Shown: positions 1-11,400 of the stretch, piece after piece
Layout: every line of letters starts with the position of its first letter
How positions within the stretch are numbered: position 1 is the first letter of the stretch
Origin: a virus
Taxonomy: Duplodnaviria > Caudoviricetes
IMG/VR virus record: IMGVR_UViG_3300047564_001818
Strand: one strand, 5' to 3'
Length of the DNA: 64,000 nucleotides
Translations under genes and position numbers: made by a program
The notes under the pieces: model-generated
The model's database searches: none
What the model was told of the DNA's origin: nothing
Seen by the model: the letters and a program-made list of their open reading frames with translations, nothing else

Positions 1-91
1 CACGGGTTTCTACGGGATTTCCGTCACCATCTGCTTGAATCAACAATCTTGTGACTTGAAAAATCATTCACTATCTCCATTCTATATCTAT

Positions 92-1921
92 TTATGTATT
101 TACATATTTAAACTGTAGGTATAAATCAGAACCTGGTTGAACCACAGTTCCCACTTGAACTAGATCTACAGTTATGTATTCACCTTCATTCATTGTTAAT
201 ACTGTGCTGTCGTCGCCGGTAGTTGACGCAGTGTAAAGACCAACAGGTATTGTAAGTCCTGTTAATAACGTACCATTTTTAAGTATTTCTATTTCTACAT
301 CGTCGTTTGCGTTTTCTAATACTCTAGCTGTAATTTTACTAAATTGTAAGTTGTAGGGCGCATACCATCTTTGTGTACCTGTAAATACTATTAGGTCTCC
401 AGCTTGATAAAGATTGGACACTCCTACGTTGCCTTGACTACCTGTATAACCCGTAGGTCCTTGATAACCACTTGCACTGACTTCTACCCACTGTTGACTA
501 TTTCCGTCGTCTACATAGATTGTTAACACACCTCTAATAGTGTCAAACCAAGTATCACCTATGTTAGGATTTAACGGCGCAGTAGATCCGATATAAAACT
601 GTGCTCCGTTGCCGCTGCCACTGCCTCCGCTGCCAGTGTAACCTACAACTCTACCTAAATTCTGTTGTGAACTGTCGTCAAATGTAATAACTAATTCATT
701 GTCTACGATTTCGGTAGATAAAATGCCTAGCCCTGCACTACCAGTATACCCAAATTCACCCTGTGAACCCGCAAAGCCCGTGTCACCTTGGCTACCAGTG
801 TATCCTATGTCACCTTGACTACCAGTAAAGCCAACTGATCCATCGCCTCCGGCAGCACCTGCACTACCAGTGTATCCTATGTCACCTTGACTACCAGTAA
901 AGCCAACTGATCCATCGCCTCCGGCAGCACCTGCACTACCAGTGTATCCTATGTCACCTTGTGATCCAGTATATCCTATGTCACCTTGGCTACCAGTAAA
1001 ACCAAGTTCGCCCTGTGAACCCACAAAGCCCGTGTCACCTTGTGATCCAGTAAATCCAGCACTACCGGTGTATCCTAAAAATGTAGGCAAGTTAGTTAGT
1101 TGACTGCCGTCTCCTACAAATCTATCTGCGTAAACTGAATTTGTTACCCTAATGTCATTGTCAACGGTTAGGTCTGCACGTAGTTCGACATTAGGAACAA
1201 ATACTATGCTACTGCTGTCACTGGTATTAATATCATTATCAAAGAATAAATCAATTCTGTCGTCTATGTCTTGTATGCTGGTAGCACCTTGCACAGTGCC
1301 TACAATAGTTTTGTTAAAGTTCCAAGTATCAGTAGCTGCATCATAGGCTATAGTTGCAGGTGTAGCAGGTCCTATTACGGTAATACCTGCTCCGTCACTG
1401 GTCGCCGCACTGGTGCTGTTCTTGGCCAGTTCGATATTTTTGTCTTCTACAGTAAGTGTAGTAGAGTTAATTGTAGTAGTCGATCCTAGTACAGTAAAAT
1501 TACCGTTAACAGTGAGATCGTTCTGTACTTCTAGATTGCTTTGTGCTATAATAGAATTAGCAATAACTATTGATGAGCTGTCTAATGATCTAATGTCGGA
1601 AGTTATTAAAGTAGGAATATTACCTACACTATCAATAGTTAGGTCACCTTCAATGATAGTAGAATTAGTTAAACGTATAGCTGTAGAGCCGTCGGCACTG
1701 TTGATTGAACCTAAAAATATATTACCAGTTACGTCAGCTCTTATACTGGGACTCCAGTATCTAGTTCCGTCTATGTCTGCAACAAGAATACTACCGTCCA
1801 CATTGGGAAGGCCTAGATCAGGTTCTGCATTGGCAAGATTAAGAAAACTGTTTCTGTCAGAATCTAGTTCTAAACCTACAAGTTTTTTTACCTTACCGCT
1901 GATTAATCTACTTTTACTCAT
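92..1921 (-). CDS. Virion fibre/structural protein with collagen-like (GYTGSQG) repeats
   Basis: 609 aa ORF; central G-X-Y run (GFTGSQGDTGFVGSQG...), beta-rich N-terminus, C-terminal phage fibre-type domain. Confidence 0.8.
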   Translation of the reverse strand: MSKSRLISGKVKKLVGLELDSDRNSFLNLANAEPDLGLPNVDGSILVADIDGTRYWSPSIRADVTGNIFLGSINSADGSTAIRLTNSTIIEGDLTIDSVGNIPTLITSDIRSLDSSSIVIANSIIAQSNLEVQNDLTVNGNFTVLGSTTTINSTTLTVEDKNIELAKNSTSAATSDGAGITVIGPATPATIAYDAATDTWNFNKTIVGTVQGATSIQDIDDRIDLFFDNDINTSDSSSIVFVPNVELRADLTVDNDIRVTNSVYADRFVGDGSQLTNLPTFLGYTGSAGFTGSQGDTGFVGSQGELGFTGSQGDIGYTGSQGDIGYTGSAGAAGGDGSVGFTGSQGDIGYTGSAGAAGGDGSVGFTGSQGDIGYTGSQGDTGFAGSQGEFGYTGSAGLGILSTEIVDNELVITFDDSSQQNLGRVVGYTGSGGSGSGNGAQFYIGSTAPLNPNIGDTWFDTIRGVLTIYVDDGNSQQWVEVSASGYQGPTGYTGSQGNVGVSNLYQAGDLIVFTGTQRWYAPYNLQFSKITARVLENANDDVEIEILKNGTLLTGLTIPVGLYTASTTGDDSTVLTMNEGEYITVDLVQVGTVVQPGSDLYLQFKYVNT

Positions 1922-2252
1922 TACTGGTCTCTAGTATACTCATTACCAAATTTACTGCACTGTTAACACTGACCACTGCTTTTACACTGGCACCTTCTTC
2001 AATGACCAACTTGCCTGTGGTTACTTCTGCTGCATCGTTAGGGGGAATTGTAAACTCTTTAAGCATAACGTAATCAGTATTGTTTTTTCTTAGGGTAAAA
2101 GTGATAGTCGCAGTATTTGCACTGATATTGCTGGCCTGAGCTCCTAAAACAATAGTAGTTATTCCAGTAGGAGTAGTGTAAATGGTTTGCTCAGATGTTG
2201 TTAATTCAAATGCTAGTGTTCTAAATAGGTTTAATGGTAACGCTACTGCCAT
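1914..2252 (-). CDS. Small virion structural protein
   Basis: 112 aa beta-rich ORF overlapping its neighbours in the structural operon. Confidence 0.65.
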   Translation of the reverse strand: MAVALPLNLFRTLAFELTTSEQTIYTTPTGITTIVLGAQASNISANTATITFTLRKNNTDYVMLKEFTIPPNDAAEVTTGKLVIEEGASVKAVVSVNSAVNLVMSILETSNE

Positions 2253-2255
2253 TCT

Positions 2256-5200
2256 TTAATCTCCAATTGCCAGTATATAGGGTGTCATAACTGCAAATAA
2301 ACTCTTTGTAAATGTTCTACCACTAATAGTACCTGTGTTTCTATTAATTACCAAATCATTACCAATTCTAAAATCGCCTCTTTGATCAGTTCCTGTGTAG
2401 TAAACTCTACCTCCATTAACTTCAATAACTTGATTTTCGGTTATAGGAGTACCTCCTAAATAAGGCAGTGCTGTATTTACATTTGTTCCGGCACCGATCC
2501 ATTCAAAAGTGTGTCCGCTGCTGGTAATCAAACTAAACTGGTGGAAGGTAACATTTGCATTATCTAATATTGTGCCAAGTACAGATTCTTCCAGTGTAAT
2601 AGTGCTAGAATAAGCGTTTTCAATTAGATTAATAACTACATCAAACAGGCCGCCAACTCGAGTTGCTTCAGTGCTAGTAGCCGTAGGTAAACTAGTGTTT
2701 TGTGTTACACTGTTGTTGAGTGGTGTTACCGCTGTGTTAACAATACAAGATTGTGTTACGGACTTAATATAGTTGTAGGTATCGCTAGTAATCAGTCGTT
2801 GGGCGCCGGGTATTACTAGGTAACCACCTGAATAGTATTCATCTGCTGCGTCTGCGGTTTGACTGTTGCCGCCATACAGTACATCATAGGTTATTGCATC
2901 TACAATAAAGTTTATATCCGATCTACATTTTGTTGTGTTGTAGGTAAAGTTAACAAAGTTATCGTTGATATATGTAATAGTGTCTGCAATAATAGTGCTC
3001 TTATCTGTTGCTAATCTATTAGCTGCTGATTTAATTCCAGTTGCGACCCATGTTACAGTTGGATAAGTTACTGTGGCAGGTAATGCTGAGAGATTGTCTG
3101 CTGTGATTACATCTATAATAATCTGCACTAGACCTTCAACTTCGCTTTGTTCAGCTGTAGATCCTATAGGATTGTTTAGATCTTGGCCTGGATAGTTTTC
3201 TAATATGATCTGTCCTACTATTGACTGTAGTTCAGTAAATGCTGCCGCTGTAACAGCTTTTTGGTCTTGTGGTAATACACTTACTGCTCCGTCAAAATAT
3301 GCTCTTGCAGCCATTTGTGTTGCACTGTCACCGCCATACTGCACATCGTAGCTGATTGCATCTATAATATAGTTTAAGTCTCTAGCACACACTGCTTGAT
3401 CATAACTTAGACTAGGATAGTTTGCATTGATCCAATCAATAACTTCAGTAACTATAAAAGCTTTATTGGTTTGTAACTGCAATCTGCTGTTTGTACTTTC
3501 TGTGTCGCCATTGTCAGACCACGTAATAGTGTTTGCACTGGCTACACCATTCTTGATTATATCTACAACTTCGTCCCAGCTGATTATATTTCTATATTCT
3601 GCTACTGCATTGCCTTGCACGCTGTCGGCTGCTTCGTCTCTGGCAAATTCTAATGCACCTATAGTTTGTGGAAGCTGATCATTAATAACCAAACTGGCCA
3701 TTGCACGTCTATAGCTTAATCCATTGTAGACACTATTAAAGTTAGTACCAAGTTGTATATCATAGATAACACCGTCGATTATATAGCCCAAGTCTCTAGC
3801 ACAAGTTGTGCTGTCATAAGTGAAGTTTTCATAAGTTTGAGCAATATATGCGATACCTTCTTCGATTAAAAAGTTTTTGTTAGCCTGTAATATATCTTTT
3901 GCTTTTACTAGATTTTGATCAACACCAGCTGGACTTGCATAGGCTATGCTAGGTGCAACTCCTACACCATTTTCTAAAATATCGATTATAGTTGTTAAAT
4001 TTGTGTTAATACGTTGGTATTCAGGACCTTGTGAACTGTCGCTCGATATTAGATCTAAAACTTGTGTTTTTAGAAAATTTAAACTAGCAACTGTTTCAGT
4101 TTTTTGATTCGCAAGTAGATAAGCACTGCTTGCCCTATAATAGGCTTTGCCTGCCAATACACTTTTATAGTTGGTACTAAACATCATGTCATCTACAGCC
4201 GCGTCTATTACGAATCCAGCATCTCGAGTTGCTTTAAATTGATTAAATTCAAAGCTAGGATAAGTTTCATTGAGAAAGTCTATAACGTCTGTTTTTATTT
4301 TGTTTTTTGCATCTAACACAATCTGTCTAGTGTTTTTTGCATCTGCAGGTTCATTATTAAAGCTAGGATAAGTAATGTCTGTATTGCCGCTTTTTATTAC
4401 TGTTGCAGTTGCTACAGTATAGTAATTTTCATCACCTGCAAATCTTACAGCATCACCGATATTTGGTTTTGCTAATAGATTATCTAAGACAAATGTATTT
4501 CCATTAGTTGGACCTATTGTTTTTGCACTATATAACGGTGTGCTTACTCCGTCTGCTTTCAGCGCATAATTACCAAAACTGCTGTTACTGTTGGTCACAC
4601 TGCAAAAGCCGCCACTTTCACACAAAAAGCCAATGTCACAGCAGATAGTAAACACAGACACCAGCTGTGTATTACCTCTGTTGAGCATGTGGATGCCTAT
4701 ACCGCCTTGATTGTATTGTGTGAACGCATCTACCACCATACTCTTTAGGCCGTTTACATGGGCACCATCTACTCTCATACCTGTACCTGTGGTAGTCATG
4801 CTGGTGCAGTTTTGAACATATGGACTAGTATGAATCACTGTGCCTTGTGTGCTATCGCTTGGGAATGCAACTGCGGCTGCGGGTGCTTCATGATCCTTAA
4901 AGGTCATCTGTTCTAAATAAACACCATTAGTAACCCAAAAAAGATCCAGTGTTTTGTTAGCAGGTCTAACGGTAACTGTTCTTAGGTTATCGCCTACAAT
5001 AGCAACACCTTCTGGTACAACCAGTGGATTGTTTTCTGTATAGTCGCCGCTTTTAACAAAAATAGTTGTACCCTTTGTAGCAACACTTAATGCACTTTCA
5101 ATTGTGAGTTTGCTGCTTACTAAGTTACGTCCATCATAAGCGTCATTGCCGCTTTTACTTACATAGAGAACATTTTGTACAGCAATATTACCTGGACCAG

Positions 5201-5387
5201 TTGATCCTACACTTCCTGTAAATCCTCTTATACCGCCATAGGGCAAACTGTTCCAATTTTGTACGCCATTACCAATTTTGAACAGTTGGGTATCTGTTTC
5301 GAGACCCATTTCTGCTTCCGCAAGAATTGGATTGACACTTGCCCATTCAGATGCTGTACCTCGTCTAAATTGTATTTGTATTGCCAT
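2256..5387 (-). CDS. Tail fibre/spike-like structural protein (Mtd-like N-terminal motif, probable beta-helix region, helical repeats)
   Basis: N-terminus IQIQFRRGTASEWASVNPILAEAEMGLETDT..FKIGNG is typical of phage fibre N-termini; repeated KCxRDxxxIIDAxxYD-like units; TAAATA upstream. Confidence 0.75.
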   Translation of the reverse strand: MAIQIQFRRGTASEWASVNPILAEAEMGLETDTQLFKIGNGVQNWNSLPYGGIRGFTGSVGSTGPGNIAVQNVLYVSKSGNDAYDGRNLVSSKLTIESALSVATKGTTIFVKSGDYTENNPLVVPEGVAIVGDNLRTVTVRPANKTLDLFWVTNGVYLEQMTFKDHEAPAAAVAFPSDSTQGTVIHTSPYVQNCTSMTTTGTGMRVDGAHVNGLKSMVVDAFTQYNQGGIGIHMLNRGNTQLVSVFTICCDIGFLCESGGFCSVTNSNSSFGNYALKADGVSTPLYSAKTIGPTNGNTFVLDNLLAKPNIGDAVRFAGDENYYTVATATVIKSGNTDITYPSFNNEPADAKNTRQIVLDAKNKIKTDVIDFLNETYPSFEFNQFKATRDAGFVIDAAVDDMMFSTNYKSVLAGKAYYRASSAYLLANQKTETVASLNFLKTQVLDLISSDSSQGPEYQRINTNLTTIIDILENGVGVAPSIAYASPAGVDQNLVKAKDILQANKNFLIEEGIAYIAQTYENFTYDSTTCARDLGYIIDGVIYDIQLGTNFNSVYNGLSYRRAMASLVINDQLPQTIGALEFARDEAADSVQGNAVAEYRNIISWDEVVDIIKNGVASANTITWSDNGDTESTNSRLQLQTNKAFIVTEVIDWINANYPSLSYDQAVCARDLNYIIDAISYDVQYGGDSATQMAARAYFDGAVSVLPQDQKAVTAAAFTELQSIVGQIILENYPGQDLNNPIGSTAEQSEVEGLVQIIIDVITADNLSALPATVTYPTVTWVATGIKSAANRLATDKSTIIADTITYINDNFVNFTYNTTKCRSDINFIVDAITYDVLYGGNSQTADAADEYYSGGYLVIPGAQRLITSDTYNYIKSVTQSCIVNTAVTPLNNSVTQNTSLPTATSTEATRVGGLFDVVINLIENAYSSTITLEESVLGTILDNANVTFHQFSLITSSGHTFEWIGAGTNVNTALPYLGGTPITENQVIEVNGGRVYYTGTDQRGDFRIGNDLVINRNTGTISGRTFTKSLFAVMTPYILAIGD

Positions 5388-5418
5388 ATTTGAATCTCTA
5401 CATATTTAATGTATTTAT

Positions 5419-8400
5419 TTAGACTACGCCGCCTGCATCTATGCTGCTAATGCCTCCATAGTTAGAATCAGGTTGGCCGCCATCTAAGTTGCCAAATGAT
5501 CCTGCTGCTGTACTAGATATAACCAATGCTTTAGGATTACTGCTGGTATCAGTTGTAAGAATAATATTATTGCCCGCAACAATTTCTAAAGTATCTAAAC
5601 CTATAGCAATTAAATCTTCTTCGCCATCTACTTTGATAGTTTTGAAGGTGCTGTTCATACCTATTTTAACTGAGCCCGACCCTAGATCTGTTACGTCAAA
5701 CCCGCTATCAGTGTCAAATCTTATAGTTTCAACATTAAGAACAGTGAGTTGTCCTATGTTGTTGTCGCTGTCTATAGTGCCCACAGTTACAGTAGCACCG
5801 CTGCCTGCTTCACCCTTACTGCCAGTGAAACCAATTTCACCTTGTATACCTTGGCTACCGGTGTAACCAATATCACCCCGACTACCGGTGTATCCGATTG
5901 CCGCAGCTTCACCCGGTATGCCTTGTGAACCCACAAAGCCTGTATCACCTTGTGAACCTGTATAACCAAATTCACCTTGACTACCGGTAAATCCAGTAAA
6001 TCCTCTGCTGCCAGTAAATCCAGTTATACCCTGTGAGCCAACAAAGCCTGTATCGCCCTGTGAACCAGTGTATCCAATTGAACCTGTATAACCCTGTTCG
6101 CCTTGTGAACCTACAAAGCCTGTATCACCCTGTGAACCTACAAATCCAACCGATCCTGTAAATCCATTTGAACCTGTGTAACCCGTGTCACCCTGACTAC
6201 CCGTGTAACCTTGAACACCCTGACTACCGGTATATCCAATAGAACCAGTATATCCTATGTCACCTTGACTACCAGTATAACCTTGATCACCTTGACTACC
6301 AGTATAACCAATTTCACCTCTGCTACCTGTGTAACCTTGATCACCTTGACTACCTGTGTAACCTTGATCACCCTGACTACCCGTGTAACCTTGATCACCT
6401 TGACTACCCGTGTAACCTTGATCACCTTGAGATCCCACAAAACCTGTGTCGCCTTGACTACCTGTGTAACCTTGATCACCTTGGCTACCGGTGTATCCAA
6501 TTGAACCAGTGTAACCAATATCACCTTGTGATCCTACAAAGCCTGTATTGCCTTGTGAGCCAGTGTAACCTTGATCACCTTGTGATCCTACAAAGCCTGT
6601 ATTGCCTTGGCTACCTGTAAATCCAACTTCACCTCGACTTCCTGTAAATCCAACTTCACCTCGACTACCGGTATAACCTAGCTCACCTATATTTCTTACA
6701 ATAAAAGTTCCTACCATCGATCCATGGAATTGGCAAATATAGTACAGTATGTTAGGTGCATCCAGCGGCACTGTAAATGTTATTATACCAGAATCTATAC
6801 CATTATTCAGTACGCCATTTGTATATGCATTATTTGTTCCAGTGGTTTGACTTGTTTTAATCCAAAATGGATGTCCTGGTGCGTTAATATTAAAGTAATA
6901 AGTAGTACCTCTTGCTAGAGTAATTGTAGGATTGTTGCTACCTAGAATTGTATAAGCACTAGCACCACTATTAGAAACTGTGTAAGTTACTCCACCAATT
7001 ATACCTTGTGAACCTACAAAGCCTGTATCGCCTCTACTGCCAGTAAAGCCTTGACTACCATTAAATCCAATAGGTCCTTGACTACCTGTAAAACCAAGGT
7101 CACCTCTACTACCTACAAAGCCGCCGCTGCCTCTACTACCTGTAAATCCTACACCCTGGCTACCAGTGTAACCTTGATCACCTCTAGTACCAATATCACC
7201 TTTGCTGCCAGTAAAGCCTCGACTACCAGTAAATCCTACTAATCCCTGAATACCCGGGAAACCTTGTGAACCTGCAAATCCTCTACTACCTGTAAATCCA
7301 GTATCACCTTGATTACCTTGATTACCTTGATTACCTTGAGATCCAGTAAACCCTCTACTGCCAGTATATCCTAAGAATCCTTGTTCACCTTGACTACCAG
7401 TAAAGCCAGTGTCTCCACGGCTACCAGTATAACCATCAGGATCTCCCTTGTCACCTTTTGATCCAGTAAAGCCGATAGATCCTGTGTAACCAATTGCTGC
7501 TGCTTCACCTGGTATACCCTGTGAACCAACAAATCCAGTTAATCCTCTACTGCCTGTAAATCCAGTATCACCTTGTATACCTTGATCACCTTGCTCGCCC
7601 TGACTACCAGTGAAACCAGTACTGCCCTCACTACCAGTGTAACCCAATGCAGCAAACTCACCCGGTATACCTTGAAGACCTTGCGATCCAGTGAATCCTC
7701 TGCTACCATTAAATCCAGTGTCGCCTTGCGAACCAACGTATCCTGTGTCGCCTTGAAGCCCTTGTGATCCAGTATAACCTTGAAGACCTTGGCTACCTGT
7801 AAAACCAGTGTCGCCACGGCTTCCGTCATAACCGGTTACACCCTGACTACCAGTAAAGCCGATAGATCCTGTGTAACCAACGTCACCCTGCGAACCTGTA
7901 TAACCCAATGCAGCAAACTCACCCGGTATACCTTGGCTACCAGTAAAACCAGTGTCGCCTTGTGATCCTACAAAACCAGTGTCGCCTTGTGATCCTGTGT
8001 ATCCTATAAATGCAGCTTCACCTGGTATACCTTGTGGACCTTGTGAACCAGTAAAACCAATTGGTCCTATTTCACCTTGATCACCTGTATTACCTTTTGA
8101 TCCAGTAAAGCCGATAGATCCTGTATAGCCTATTGGGCCTATTTCGCCAGTGTCACCTTGGCTACCAGTATAACCAAGTTCACCTCTACTACCAGTATAA
8201 CCCGTGTCGCCTTGACTGCCCGTAAACCCTAGTTCACCCTGTGACCCTGTAAGTCCTACGGCAGCAAACTCACCTGGTATACCTTGTGAACCAGTATAAC
8301 CCTGTTCACCTTGTGTTCCTTGGTCACCTTTGCTGCCTACAAAACCAGTGTCACCTCTACTGCCAGTAAAGCCTCGACTACCAGTAAATCCAATAGGTCC

Positions 8401-11400
8401 TTGTATACCTTGCACACCTTGTATACCTTGACTACCTGTGTAGCCGCCAGGATCGCCTTTGGACCCAGTAAAGCCTAGAGGTCCTTGGTCACCTTCAAAA
8501 CCTTGGTCACCTTGCGGGCCTCTAGATCCAGTAAATCCGATAGGTCCTAGGTCTCCTTGGTCACCTCGGTCACCCTTACTACCTATAAAGCCTCTGCTGC
8601 CTGTAAATCCAGTATCGCCTTGTATACCTTGATCGCCTCGGTCACCTTTTGATCCAGTGAAGCCAATGCCAGCACTACCTGTAAAACCTACACTACCAAC
8701 GTCGCCTTTGCTGCCTACAAAGCCAGAGTCACCTTTGCTACCTGTAAAGCCTTTTAGATCTGTAAAGACTATAATGCCTGATATGCTTGGATTTTGCACA
8801 CTTTGATAATAGATAAAATCTTGTATATCACCTGGCGCAGTAAACGCTATTGAAGTTCCGCTTAAACCAATTTGACTACCTGCAGGAAATCCTGGAACAA
8901 CATCTGTGCTGTTGTTTAAGTCAAGTCTAAATGCAATTTGGTTGTTGATGCCTAAAGATTCTAAATTAAAGAAATAGCTTTGTCTTTTTACTAATCTCAA
9001 TGAAGGGTTGTTTTCATTAAAGCCAACTACAGTAAAGTTGCTACTGCTGTTTCCAAAAACATATTCTATTCCGCTTTGGCTACCGGTGTAACCAATGCTT
9101 CCAGTATATCCCAAATCACCACGTGATCCTACAAAACCAGTAATACCTCTGCTGCCAGTAAAACCAATTGATCCTGTAAATCCTCTAGGACCTCGACCAC
9201 TGCCGCCAGTGTCTACAAACTGTGTTAGTGTAAAGTTACCACTAACAGTTGTAGGTTTACTGTCTGTTATAAAAACAGTATATGATGACGTGTTGAATGT
9301 TTGAGTAACTGTACCATTCAAAAAGCCTGTTGTAGTGTCAAATGTTAATCCTGCAGGTAAAGTTTCTGGTTCTATTCTGTAGGATAAAGGTGCTGTTCCG
9401 CCTGTTACTAAGATAGGTTGAAATGCGTTTGTTGCATTCAACTCTAATTCATAGCTAGCGTTGTTGTTAACTACACTCAAAAGTTGTGGCGGTGTTTCAA
9501 CAATTTGTAGGTTAAACTGTGCTGTTGCAGTAGTGTTAGCTTCGTCTGTAACAGTCACAGTATAAACTGTGTCTGCACTCAAAATCAATGGCGTATTTTC
9601 GAGTGTTCCATTGCTGTTATAAGTCAAGGAACTAGGTAAACTAGGTGATATTGTATAGGTTAGTACGCCTGCTCCGCCTGTTGCTGTAACTGGTCTAGCA
9701 GCAGGTTCTGTTCCGCCTACTGGTACAAACTGCACTAGAGTAATTGTAGGCGTGTTTACAGTGATATTGATAGCAGCAAATGTTAACACAAGATCAAACT
9801 GTGCTGTTTGCGTTGTAACTAAATCACTTACTGAAATTTCAACTGTATAAGTTCCTGAGCTAGAAGTTGCTCTACCTGTAATTCTACCTGTAGCAGTGTT
9901 AAAACTTAAACCACTGGGTAACTCTGTTACAGAATAAACATAAGCGCCTTCACCTTGAGATGCAATCACAGGAACAAAGTTTGCATTTGTGCCAATCGTT
10001 AAATTAACAGACGAATTAGGAACTGTTAGTGTTAAGGGCGGCGGTACTGCAACAGTTAAACTAAAAACTCCTGTTTGAGTTCTACTAAAACTGTCTTCTA
10101 ATGTTATAGTAAACGTACTGGTTGATAGAGCTTGTGTAGGTGTGCCGCTGATTACACCATTGTTAAAAATTAATCCTGTTGGCAGTGCAGGCGAAACACT
10201 TAATGTTCTAGGTGCTAGACCTCCTGTGCCTGTTGCTACTGGAGACAGATCGGTGATTGCATTGTTTCTAGTTAAATTTATTGTGGGCCTGTTTATAGTT
10301 AATGCTAGTGCAGGATCATTAACGATCAATGTAATTGTAACAGAATCAGTTTGTGGAACAGTAAATGTATCTGTAGCAGTAATAACATATGCTGTGTTGC
10401 TGAGTTCAGTTGGGTTGCCACTGATTACTCCGCTTGCTGTATTAAAAGTTAAACCGTTGGGCAATGCAGGAGATATATTAAATCTAATAACACCGAAACC
10501 TTGACTACCTGGCACTACACGTAATGGAGTAATTGAGCCTGCGGTTCCTCTTGTTAATGTAAAACTAGATTGGTTATCTATCAGCGCAATGTCAAGTGCA
10601 GGAGGATTGACCACATTTAGACTAAATGTTCTAGTATCAGTCTGTCCTTCGCTGTCAGTTACTCTTACAGTAAAACCTGTACTCGATAGCACAGTGTTTA
10701 CAACTCCAGTGATCTGTCCTGCACTGTTTAAAGTTAATCCTGTGGGCAGTCCTGCACTGGCATTGCTGGTTTCAAATACTTCAAAAGTATAAACTCCACT
10801 GCCGCCGGAGGCTGTTGCAGGAATTAACGGTGTTGCTATTGAGATAGTTCTAGTTAGCGTAAAACTATTTTGTGTTTGTGTTAGAACAAGAACACTGTTT
10901 ATTACATTTAATCTAAATTCACTGCTGGTGGTCTGTCCTGCACCATCTGTTACTGTTACTGTGTAATTGGCTGCAACTGCTGTTGCTGTTGGTGTACCAC
11001 TAATAAAACCTGTGTTTGAAAAACTCAGTCCTGCAGGCAGTGCAGGCGATACTGCGTAGGTTAGTGTACCAAATCCGCCAACAGCAACCACAGGTCTAAA
11101 CTGTGTAAATGCTTCGTTAACAGTTAAGCTAGTAAGAGCAGGTGGCACAGGATTAGCTATGCTGGTTAATGCAGGTGCTGCATCTACTCTTAAATTAAAG
11201 GTGCCTGTTAAACTTTGACTAGCACTGTCGCTAACAGTTACAGTATAGGTTGCTTGTGAACTGGTAACAGTAGGTGTACCTGAAATAAAACCTGTGCTGG
11301 TATTGAGGGTTAATCCTGTAGGTAGTGCAGGTGTAATTGCATAGGTTAACGGAGTTTCTCCGCCGTTACCTCTTACTGGTCTTACGCTTTCAAGTGCTAC

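Noticed and set aside
2256-5387. Diversity-generating retroelement suggested by the Mtd-like N-terminus
   Set aside because: No reverse transcriptase and no TR/VR pair differing at adenines was seen in the window; this N-terminal motif is common in ordinary fibres.
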